The notes under the pieces were generated by a model. It had not been told where the DNA came from, did not search any database, and saw only the letters and a program-made list of their open reading frames with translations. Positions 7,213 to 15,045 of a stretch of 20,000 nucleotides of DNA are shown piece after piece. The position numbers and the translations under genes were made by a program. Numbering within the stretch: position 1 is the first letter of the stretch; each line of letters begins with the position of its first letter. Where the stretch lies: IMG/VR virus record IMGVR_UViG_3300025168_000065, one strand, 5' to 3'. The DNA is from an uncultured virus (IMG/VR IMGVR_UViG_3300025168_000065). Its lineage: Duplodnaviria; Heunggongvirae; Uroviricota; Caudoviricetes; Crassvirales.

Positions 7213-7269
7213 GATACTCTGATGATGGATTTAATATCCGAAACTACTCTTAATTGAGTAGTCAGTATC
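7213..7269 (+). ncRNA. Hammerhead ribozyme, type I (HH2, with 1-nt U insertion after CUGAUGA); predicted cleavage after C7263
   Basis: GAUACU-CUGAUGA-U-GGAU(UUAAU)AUCC-GAAA-CUACUC(UUAAUU)GAGUAG-UC-AGUAUC; stems II and III differ from HH1 but keep pairing. Confidence 0.9.
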
Positions 7270-7296
7270 ATAAGATACCAATTTAAATAACACACA

Positions 7297-7521
7297 ATGT
7301 ATAAAACAATGGTTAAAGATTCCCAAGATTTTTGGGGAAAAGTAGCGTCCGAAAATGGATGGAGTATGAATGGTAGAGGATGTACAATATGGATTAATAA
7401 AGACAATGAAGTATTAGATAGTATCTACAACAAAGAAGATAATAAAGAATCTTATATTGTACAAGTAGATGTAGATTATGAAGGTTTCTATGAGAATGAG
7501 GTATTAATTAAAACAATATAG
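7297..7521 (+). CDS. Small hypothetical protein
   Basis: ORF track; AACACACA leader. Confidence 0.8.
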   Translation: MYKTMVKDSQDFWGKVASENGWSMNGRGCTIWINKDNEVLDSIYNKEDNKESYIVQVDVDYEGFYENEVLIKTI

Positions 7522-7523
7522 AT

Positions 7524-7682
7524 ATGAAAGATATATTAGGATTACCGATAAAATGGTTAGCAAGATACTACTACACAATATTGATAGTATGGTTAACATT
7601 AACGATGAGTAGCTGTGGATTAAGATTTGGAGACTACCATGCATGGGAAAAAGATTATAAACAAAAATGTATAAGAAAATGA
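7524..7682 (+). CDS. Small putative lipoprotein, 52 aa
   Basis: Not in track. MKDILGLPIKWLARYYYTILIVWLTLTMSSCGLRFGDYHAWEKDYKQKCIRK; hydrophobic stretch ending in lipobox-like MSS-C. Confidence 0.65.
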   Translation: MKDILGLPIKWLARYYYTILIVWLTLTMSSCGLRFGDYHAWEKDYKQKCIRK

Positions 7683-7981
7683 TGAGATTAAAATTAAGTA
7701 TGATAACATTTAATATGTTAGAGAGTCATTTCAGTAATGACTACGGGAAAAAGAATGGTAATGGTGTAGCTATGCCACTTGGAGATGATAGCTTACATAT
7801 GATTCATAATGAAGGTGCATTAGAGAATTACAAAGAGACGATAACAAAAAAGTTTGGAGATGTTATGGTGTTATTACAGGATCCTGACGAGGTATGGTTT
7901 AACAAGGTAAAGATTGATGACGGAGTATTTCAAGATTATCATAGAAAATATATGCAGAAAGCAATGAATAATAGGAATTAA
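7679..7981 (+). CDS. Hypothetical protein
   Basis: ORF track 7667..7981; start uncertain (7679 by ATGA overlap, or 7700). Confidence 0.7.
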   Translation: MMRLKLSMITFNMLESHFSNDYGKKNGNGVAMPLGDDSLHMIHNEGALENYKETITKKFGDVMVLLQDPDEVWFNKVKIDDGVFQDYHRKYMQKAMNNRN

Positions 7982-7992
7982 CGTGTGTGTTT

Positions 7993-8053
7993 CCATCATC
8001 TAACCTCACTACGAAAGTAGTGGGGATTTGGTGGTAGAGGGATGTTCCTCACA
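7993..8053 (+). ncRNA. Structured intergenic RNA motif, copy 2
   Basis: ccatca/tggtgg outer stem; cctcactac-GAAA-gtagtgggg inner stem; gagg-gatgtt-cctc hairpin; 18/20 identity with 6400-6419. Confidence 0.65.
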
Positions 8054-8071
8054 CAATTAAATTAAATTATT

Positions 8072-8563
8072 ATGAGTAGAAAAGAATTAGAAGCAAAGTT
8101 TATGGAGTTTCCTAAACTGGTAGTAGCAAAGTATGATGTAGGAGAATACATCCAAGACCAAATTAAATTCTTCCAAGATGACAAGCAAGAGTTTCTTGTA
8201 AGTAAACTATGGGATGAAGAGAGAGATGTTGAAAGTGTAACTGATAAAGAAATAGAAGAACACTTCTATGATGATGTTTGGATTAGTGTTCAATGTTATG
8301 AAGACTTTGAGTATGACTTGACTGAAGAGTTTAAAAAACACATAGGTAAAGAAGTTTATGTAGAGGGAAGAAATATGGGATGGAGAAATAGAAGTGGACA
8401 TAAATGTTTCACTATAAATAAACCATTAGACTTGTTTAAAGAAATAGCACCTGAATGTGAACTGACTTATGAAATGGAGAAAGTAACCGATAAAGAGTAT
8501 GAGGTAAGAATTGCACACCACGACTCACCAATGGGAGAATATTATAACTTAAAAATTAAATAG
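8072..8563 (+). CDS. Acidic hypothetical protein (GRNMGWRNRSG, HHDSPMGE motifs)
   Basis: ORF track; TTAAATTATT leader. Confidence 0.8.
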   Translation: MSRKELEAKFMEFPKLVVAKYDVGEYIQDQIKFFQDDKQEFLVSKLWDEERDVESVTDKEIEEHFYDDVWISVQCYEDFEYDLTEEFKKHIGKEVYVEGRNMGWRNRSGHKCFTINKPLDLFKEIAPECELTYEMEKVTDKEYEVRIAHHDSPMGEYYNLKIK

Positions 8564-8565
8564 AT

Positions 8566-8811
8566 ATGAATTGGAAAGAAATGAAAAGTAAGATACTATC
8601 AAATAGTATATTATTAGAGAAACTAAAAAAGTTTCCTAACAGAAAGTTTATTCAGAAGTGTCAGCAAAAATTAGATGCATACAAGAAACCTAAACCAAAT
8701 CCTTTAGATTGGTTTAATCATTTTGTAGATTACATTGAAAATACAGATAGCAATCTTTATAATCAAGCGTGTGAGTATGCCGACAATAAAGAAAAGCAAG
8801 AAAATGAATAG
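8566..8811 (+). CDS. Hypothetical protein
   Basis: ORF track; packed against upstream gene. Confidence 0.7.
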   Translation: MNWKEMKSKILSNSILLEKLKKFPNRKFIQKCQQKLDAYKKPKPNPLDWFNHFVDYIENTDSNLYNQACEYADNKEKQENE

Positions 8812-9211
8812 AGAATTAACATACAATAAGTGGATAAAGTATATCCATGATTATCAATTAAATAAAAATAAAATTATGAAAAAAGATCAAGCGTTAAAAA
8901 AAATCAGTAATATGTTGGGAGACAAACATATACATATATCAGATGAGGTAAAAATAGATGATATAAAGGGAACAAAAGGGAAAGTATATGTAGATAATTC
9001 ATTGTTAATGGAATTAATAGATGAGATTGCTACTCAAATGACAGAAGAAAAATTTGGAGAATACTATCACAATACGGGATTTGATAATGTTAAAGATAGA
9101 ACGTACACTTTAACAGATGAAGCACAGGATTTTTACAATAAAAAGTATGATGAGGTAGAGGGTATGATAAATAACATTACTAACATATATTCAAATAATG
9201 ATGAGCGATAG
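8804..9211 (+). CDS. Hypothetical protein
   Basis: ORF track 8735..9211; ATG start more likely at 8804 or 8876. Confidence 0.7.
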   Translation: MNRELTYNKWIKYIHDYQLNKNKIMKKDQALKKISNMLGDKHIHISDEVKIDDIKGTKGKVYVDNSLLMELIDEIATQMTEEKFGEYYHNTGFDNVKDRTYTLTDEAQDFYNKKYDEVEGMINNITNIYSNNDER

Positions 9212-9277
9212 ATTAGAAAGTAGTTTTGCAGAAATAATAATAGTAATTTTAATAACATTAATAATTTTAATATCAAT

Positions 9278-9559
9278 ATGAAACAGACAAGCGAATTAAT
9301 TAAGGAAGTAGGAAGAGAGGTAGTAATGCTACTACTTGAAAAGAATAAAGCGTATGGAGACACTGCAAATGATCCTCCTAAAATATTTTCTAAACTATCA
9401 GCAAAAGAGGGAATACTTGCGAGGATAGATGACAAGTTAAGTAGGATTAAAACAAGTGGGTTAAACGATAAAACTGAGGATACAATGCTTGATTTAATTG
9501 GATACCTTATATTGTATAGAGTACAATGTAAGAAGGAAAATCCCCCAAATGGGCAGTAA
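9278..9559 (+). CDS. DUF1599 / nucleotide-modification-associated domain 1 protein
   Basis: KNKAYGD...GILARIDDKLSRI...EDTMLDLIGYLIL pattern. Confidence 0.8.
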   Translation: MKQTSELIKEVGREVVMLLLEKNKAYGDTANDPPKIFSKLSAKEGILARIDDKLSRIKTSGLNDKTEDTMLDLIGYLILYRVQCKKENPPNGQ

Positions 9560-9656
9560 TTCCCCAAAATGGGGAAAGAAAGAAATAAAAATAAGTTAAA
9601 CATAATTTTGCTATTAATTGAAAAAGAATTATATTAGCAACCTAATCAAATTAAAT

Positions 9657-9950
9657 ATGAAAAAAGAAATATTTGACTCCTATGCTGAGTCAATAGCAAA
9701 GCAATTCCACCTTAGTTTAGACCAGATGTTTGATAAATCTAAGCGTAGAGATATTGTAGATGCAAGACAAATGCTTTACTACTTATGTATGGAAAGACCA
9801 ATTAGAATATCATACATCCAGAGGTTTATGAATGAGCAAGGTTTAGATGTTGCACATTCAACTATTATACATGGCTACAACAGGGCTAAAGGTATGGTAG
9901 ATAAAGATCCAGACTTTAAGAATGTAGTAAATAAACTACAAAATGTATAG
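9657..9950 (+). CDS. DnaA C-terminal (domain IV)-like HTH DNA-binding protein
   Basis: KSKRRDIVDARQMLYYL...HSTIIHG; ATG at 9657. Confidence 0.8.
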   Translation: MKKEIFDSYAESIAKQFHLSLDQMFDKSKRRDIVDARQMLYYLCMERPIRISYIQRFMNEQGLDVAHSTIIHGYNRAKGMVDKDPDFKNVVNKLQNV

Positions 9951-10359
9951 TATAGAGGAGGTTTATTCTCAATCCTTATCTGATGAGTTTTCTATACAAG
10001 TTAAAAAGCCGTTAGGATTTAGTGTAGTAAATTATGGAGTAAAGATTCAAAAGTTTAATAGTAAGATTGAATTATTAAACTGCTCTAAGAGTGGTAATTA
10101 TTTCCAAGAATTTACAGAGGATGAGTATAATTTATTTTATCAATACGGATGGAAGGAGGGAGGAGTAAGACTATCTTTATTAAATTACAAAAGAAAGTTA
10201 GATTTAGTAAACGATAAAATAAGGATAGAAATTAATACTCGAAAGAATAATAAACATATATCTAAATTAAAGTCAACAAGAGAAAATTTGTTGGTTAGAT
10301 ATGCAACCAGAAATAAACAATTAAATAAAATTAAATCAAATGAAAAAAAACATTTTTAA
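9943..10359 (+). CDS. Hypothetical protein
   Basis: ORF track; overlaps both neighbours slightly. Confidence 0.75.
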   Translation: MYSIEEVYSQSLSDEFSIQVKKPLGFSVVNYGVKIQKFNSKIELLNCSKSGNYFQEFTEDEYNLFYQYGWKEGGVRLSLLNYKRKLDLVNDKIRIEINTRKNNKHISKLKSTRENLLVRYATRNKQLNKIKSNEKKHF

Positions 10360-10942
10360 AGAATTATCTGCAGTTTCCATAAAAGGAAAGACAGATAAAA
10401 AAGGAAAGTTTGATTATATGTCTTGGGCTACGGCTTGGAGTATGATCAAGTCAGAGTACCCTAATGCACAGAGAAAAGTATATGAGTCAGAACACACTGG
10501 ATTAAACTTTTTTACTGATGGTAAGACTGCATATGTTAAGGTAGGAATTATAATTAATGATATGGAACATATTGATTACCTACCAGTTATGGATTTTAGA
10601 AATAATTCTATAACAATGGAGAAGTTAACATCTATGGATGTAAATACTGCAATACAAAGATCAACTGCTAAGGCAATTGCTATGCATGGATTAGGATTAT
10701 CATTATGGATTGGAGAGGATACAATTATAACTACTCCAGCATCTAATGTAGTTAGTAAGAATCCATTACCTACAAAGCAAAAGTCAGTACAATTAAATAT
10801 TGGAGATGCTAACTGGGATAGAGTTATGAAGTATATTGTAGATAATAAAGAGTTAGGATTACCTAAGATTGTTAAGGCACTTGAGACTAAGTATGATATT
10901 AAGGCAAGTGTTAAGAAAGAACTATCAAAGCTTATCAAGTAA
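10340..10942 (+). CDS. Sak / DUF1071 (Rad52-like) single-strand annealing protein
   Basis: YMSWATAW...LPVMDFRN...DVNTAIQRSTAKAIAMHGLGL. Confidence 0.88.
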   Translation: MKKNIFKELSAVSIKGKTDKKGKFDYMSWATAWSMIKSEYPNAQRKVYESEHTGLNFFTDGKTAYVKVGIIINDMEHIDYLPVMDFRNNSITMEKLTSMDVNTAIQRSTAKAIAMHGLGLSLWIGEDTIITTPASNVVSKNPLPTKQKSVQLNIGDANWDRVMKYIVDNKELGLPKIVKALETKYDIKASVKKELSKLIK

Positions 10943-11277
10943 TGGAAGACATTACTTTATACGATCTACTTAACTTAAAACTATCAAAGTTAACGTGGAC
11001 AGAAAAAATTCATGAGAGTAAAATTTCAAGTGAAGAAGGATTCTCTATAGAATTAGATTATTATAAAAATATTGGTAAGAATAAAGATAAAGACCAGTTA
11101 CTTGTAAATATTTACTATAAACACATAAACATAGGTGCATTTGGATCTATAGAAAAGGAAGAGTCGGACCAATTTGCTAAGTGGTTTATTGATCAATCTG
11201 AATTAATTGACAAGTCTGATGAGCAACATGAGAAATTTTTAGAGATTGAGGGTAAGGATAAATTTAAAAACTTATAG
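10942..11277 (+). CDS. Hypothetical protein inserted between SSAP and exonuclease
   Basis: ORF track; TAATG coupling. Confidence 0.75.
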   Translation: MEDITLYDLLNLKLSKLTWTEKIHESKISSEEGFSIELDYYKNIGKNKDKDQLLVNIYYKHINIGAFGSIEKEESDQFAKWFIDQSELIDKSDEQHEKFLEIEGKDKFKNL

Positions 11278-11278
11278 T

Positions 11279-12016
11279 ATGTATCAAATATTAGAAAAAT
11301 TAAAAGATGATAAGAATTATTATGGAGAGTTTGGTCAGCAGTATCTATCAAATTCTGATATAATAACTTTATTAAACGATCCTAAAGAATTTAGGAAGCC
11401 AAAGGAGGTAACAAAGGCAATGCTACTGGGGAGATATTTCCATACTGCTATGTTAGAGCCAGATAAGTTAGATTCTACTGAGTTTATAGATATAGATGTG
11501 TCAAGTAGGAATACTAAGAAGTATAAGGAAGAATTACTTATACAAAATAAAAGTATTATAATGCTTTCTAAGGAAAAGTCTGGTATTAATAATGCAATAT
11601 CTACTATGAAGAACAATTTAGAATTCTATGATGCTATTTATGATTTAGATAATACATATGAAGTACCTGCGGTACATGAAGTTATGGGTATTATGTGGAA
11701 GGGTAAGGCAGATATTGTAGCTAAGGATATGCTAATAGATCTTAAGACTACCTCAAACATCAAAGACTTTAAGTATAGCGCACGAAAATATAATTATGAT
11801 AGTCAGGCATACCTATACCAACAATTCTTCAACAAACCTCTTGTATTCTACGTTGTAGACAAGTTAACGTTGGAGTTAGGAGTCTATCATCCATCACAAA
11901 AGTTTTTGGAGTATGGAAAAGAGAAAGTAGAGCGAGCAATCGAAGTGTATAACAAATTTTATAGTAAAGATGCTAAAGAAGATATTGAAACGTACGTCAT
12001 TAAAGAGGTACTTTAA
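11279..12016 (+). CDS. PD-(D/E)XK exonuclease, RecE/DUF3799-like
   Basis: LSNSDI...MLLGRYFHTAMLEP...KGKADI...IDLKTT...YDSQAYLY; ATG at 11279. Confidence 0.85.
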   Translation: MYQILEKLKDDKNYYGEFGQQYLSNSDIITLLNDPKEFRKPKEVTKAMLLGRYFHTAMLEPDKLDSTEFIDIDVSSRNTKKYKEELLIQNKSIIMLSKEKSGINNAISTMKNNLEFYDAIYDLDNTYEVPAVHEVMGIMWKGKADIVAKDMLIDLKTTSNIKDFKYSARKYNYDSQAYLYQQFFNKPLVFYVVDKLTLELGVYHPSQKFLEYGKEKVERAIEVYNKFYSKDAKEDIETYVIKEVL

Positions 12017-12131
12017 AAAGAAAAGTGTGGTGTGGTTGCAAATTCCAACCGACCTCAACACACAAGCTGATAGAGATAATCTCATGGAAGCTACAATGAA
12101 TCAGTTGGAAAAAATTATTTATAAAAATTAA
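11970..12131 (+). CDS. Small hypothetical protein, 53 aa
   Basis: Not in track. MLKKILKRTSLKRYFKKKSVVWLQIPTDLNTQADRDNLMEATMNQLEKIIYKN fills the gap and stops 3 nt before the next ATG. Confidence 0.55.
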   Translation: MLKKILKRTSLKRYFKKKSVVWLQIPTDLNTQADRDNLMEATMNQLEKIIYKN

Positions 12132-12134
12132 ATT

Positions 12135-12392
12135 ATGGCAGAAGAAAAAATTTATGTAGGAAAAGGGACAACTAAATTTGATGGAAATCAAATTGCTTGT
12201 ACCGTATGTTTAACAGACTTACCTCAAGAACACATGTTTGAGTACAACGGAAAGAAGTACATCAAGTTAATTGTACAAGAGAAAAAGTCTGTAGATGAGT
12301 ATGGAAAATCTCATTTTGTTGCGGTTGACACATGGAAACCAGAACCAAAGAAAGAAACTGCACCAGCAGTGGAAGAAGATCTACCTTTCTAA
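12135..12392 (+). CDS. Small single-stranded DNA-binding protein (Bacteroidota-phage type)
   Basis: Acidic C-terminal tip EEDLPF; located next to SSAP and exonuclease. Confidence 0.7.
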   Translation: MAEEKIYVGKGTTKFDGNQIACTVCLTDLPQEHMFEYNGKKYIKLIVQEKKSVDEYGKSHFVAVDTWKPEPKKETAPAVEEDLPF

Positions 12393-12414
12393 TAAAGGTA
12401 AGGTTATGAAGTAG

Positions 12415-12443
12415 AAGAGGGACTTATTGTCCCTTTTCTTTTC
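12415..12443 (+). terminator. Intrinsic terminator
   Basis: AGGGAC-TTATT-GTCCCT followed by TTTCTTTTC. Confidence 0.75.
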
Positions 12444-12450
12444 TCTTATA

Positions 12451-12625
12451 TATGACGAGATGACGACTTGGTCCTAACTTTTTAGCACTATATAGTTTTT
12501 TATATATAATCTTTATTTATTTATATATATTCTATATATTTTCTTATCATCTTGTCATAAAAAAAGAATATATAAGTAGTAGTTAGTAGAAAAAGTAAAA
12601 AATAACTTGTCATAAAGTTATCATA
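12451..12625. repeat. ATGAC(G/A)A repeat cluster around an AT-rich spacer (origin-like locus B)
   Basis: tatgacgagatgacgactt 12451-12469; ttatcatcttgtcata 12544-12559; cttgtcataaagttatcata 12606-12625; directly upstream of the primase-helicase. Confidence 0.7.
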
Positions 12626-12642
12626 AATTAAAATAAAATAAA

Positions 12643-15045
12643 ATGGAAATAACAATATTTAAAGATATTAAAGATACTGCTCAACCTTTTTATAGAGATG
12701 TAGATATAATAATAGAAAGGATAAGAGAGGGAGCATCACAAGAAATAGTACGAGCAATCCGATCAGAGAAAGATAAAGAAAAAAGAAATCAATTAAAGCA
12801 ATCATTACCAGCAATATGTTTTAGTGGTAAATTTACAAAAAGAAATGACTCATCTTTAGTCAATCATAGTGGTTTAATTTGTTTGGACTTTGATAACTTT
12901 CCTTCTGAGAAGGAGATGCTGGAAGAAAAAGAAAACTTAACTAAGGATAGGTACACCTATTCTGTATTCGTATCACCAAGTGGATTGGGATTAAAGGTAT
13001 TGGTAAAGATTCCTAATGAGGTAGACACTCATAAACAATTTTTTACATCCCTTCAGCATCATTACAATAATGAGTTTTTTGATATAACATGTAAGAATGT
13101 ATCAAGAGTTTGTTATGAATCATATGATCCATTAATTTATATTAATGAGCAGTCAAGTATATTTAATCAAATACTTGAGCAAGAGTATCAGGAAGTTGTA
13201 AAGCATAAGGATGTACAGACTATACCAATAACAGATGAGAATAAGATAGTAGAAATTTTAACTAAGTGGTGGGAAAGAAAGTATGGATTAAATAGTGGAG
13301 AGAGAAATAACAATGTGTATATATTAGCAGCAGCGTTTAATGATTTTGGTGTAACTAAAACGTTAGCTGAATATGTGATGGGTAACTTTGTTAGTAAAGA
13401 CTTTCCTCAAAGCGAGATCAAAAGAACAATACAGTCAGCGTACAAACAGGTACAAAACTTTGGTACTAAGTACTACGAGGATGAGGAGAAAGTTAATAAT
13501 GTAAAACAAAAATTAAGAAAGGGAGCTACTGCATCAGAAATTAAAACACAAATAGCTGAAGAATTAGATGTAGAAGATAGTGTTTTAGATAATGTGGTAC
13601 GAAGACTCGAGGAGGAGCAAGACAAACAAAAGTTTTGGACTAAGAGTGATAAGGGAGTAGTTAAAATAATTCATATTTCATTCAAACAATTTTTAGAAGA
13701 GAATGGATTCTATAAATTTAATCCTGAAGGAAGTAAGAACTATGTTTTTGTTAAGGTTACTAATAATTTAATAGACCACACATCAGAGAAAGAGATTAAA
13801 GACTTTATCCTAAACTACTTATTAGATGTAGATGATAAGAGTATATATAATTACTTTGCTGAGTGTACAAGATATTTTAGAGAAGAGTTTCTAACCTTAC
13901 TATCATCTATAAATGTTTACTTTATAGCGGACACTAAAGATAATGCTTATCTGTACTACACAAATTGTGCAGTTAAGATTACTAAGAATGAAATAATACC
14001 AATAGACTACTTAGACTTAGGAGGTTATGTTTGGAAGGACCATGTTATTGATAGAGTGTTTGATGTTTGTGAGGTTACAAATTGTAATTATAAAACTTTC
14101 ATTCATAATATATCAGGATCAAATGATACAAGAATAAAGTCTATGGAGTCAACAATGGGTTACTTACTACATGGATGGAAGAACTTATCGTACTGTCCAG
14201 CTACCATATTAAACGATGAGGTTATATCAGATAATCCTGAAGGTGGTACTGGTAAAGGTTTGTTTATGAATGGGTTATCTCATATGAAAAAGTTAGTAGT
14301 TATAGATGGTAAATCATTTAACTTTGAGAAGTCATTTGCTTATCAATTGGTTTCTGCTGATACTCAGATACTATGCTTTGATGATGTAAAGAAACATTTT
14401 GACTTTGAGAGATTGTTCAGTGTAGTAACAGAGGGACTAACTTTAGAGAAGAAAAATAAGGATGCAATTAAGATACCATTTAGTAAATCTCCAAAGGTTG
14501 CCATCACTACTAACTATGCTATTAAAGGTAAGGGATCTTCTTTTGAGAGAAGAAAGTGGGAGTTAGAACTTAGTCAGTATTACACTAAAGAGTTTACACC
14601 ACTTGTAGAGTTTGGTAAGTTAATGTTTGGTGAGTGGAATGATAATGACTGGTGTCAGTTTGATAATTATATGATAACATGTCTGCAATTGTACTTAGAT
14701 AAAGGATTATTAAAGAGTGACTTTGTTAACCTTAAAACACGTAAGTTTTCTGCTGAGACATCTCATGAATTTATAGAGTGGTGTGGAATTATAGATGGAA
14801 TGCATAATCCTAAGTTAACTAAAGACTCAAGAATTTATAGTAATGATTTATATATGGATTTTGTAAATGAGTATCCTGACTATGGACCAAAGGCTAAGAT
14901 GACGGTGAGTAGAATTAGATTTGGAAAATGGTTAGTGTCTTATTCTGTTTATAAATACGATTGTAATCCGTTAGAAGGTAAGGACATGATGGGTAAGTGG
15001 ATAAAATTTGTTGACAGTACTCACTATGAAAGTGATACGGTATGA
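12643..15045 (+). CDS. Primase-helicase: BT4734/VirE-N domain + PriCT-like domain + C-terminal SF3-like P-loop ATPase
   Basis: KQSLPAICFSG, HSGLICLDFD, FVSPSGLGLK, RVCYESYDP; GERNN; Walker A GGTGKG, Walker B LCFDD, ITTN. Confidence 0.88.
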   Translation: MEITIFKDIKDTAQPFYRDVDIIIERIREGASQEIVRAIRSEKDKEKRNQLKQSLPAICFSGKFTKRNDSSLVNHSGLICLDFDNFPSEKEMLEEKENLTKDRYTYSVFVSPSGLGLKVLVKIPNEVDTHKQFFTSLQHHYNNEFFDITCKNVSRVCYESYDPLIYINEQSSIFNQILEQEYQEVVKHKDVQTIPITDENKIVEILTKWWERKYGLNSGERNNNVYILAAAFNDFGVTKTLAEYVMGNFVSKDFPQSEIKRTIQSAYKQVQNFGTKYYEDEEKVNNVKQKLRKGATASEIKTQIAEELDVEDSVLDNVVRRLEEEQDKQKFWTKSDKGVVKIIHISFKQFLEENGFYKFNPEGSKNYVFVKVTNNLIDHTSEKEIKDFILNYLLDVDDKSIYNYFAECTRYFREEFLTLLSSINVYFIADTKDNAYLYYTNCAVKITKNEIIPIDYLDLGGYVWKDHVIDRVFDVCEVTNCNYKTFIHNISGSNDTRIKSMESTMGYLLHGWKNLSYCPATILNDEVISDNPEGGTGKGLFMNGLSHMKKLVVIDGKSFNFEKSFAYQLVSADTQILCFDDVKKHFDFERLFSVVTEGLTLEKKNKDAIKIPFSKSPKVAITTNYAIKGKGSSFERRKWELELSQYYTKEFTPLVEFGKLMFGEWNDNDWCQFDNYMITCLQLYLDKGLLKSDFVNLKTRKFSAETSHEFIEWCGIIDGMHNPKLTKDSRIYSNDLYMDFVNEYPDYGPKAKMTVSRIRFGKWLVSYSVYKYDCNPLEGKDMMGKWIKFVDSTHYESDTV

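Noticed and set aside
6921..7283. Repeats as a CRISPR mini-array or attachment sites
   Set aside because: Only two copies, separated by a full gene; better explained as ribozymes; no cas or integrase gene in the window.
12017..12134. Possible structured ncRNA or tRNA in the apparent gap
   Set aside because: No cloverleaf; the gap is covered by the 53-aa ORF 11970-12131.
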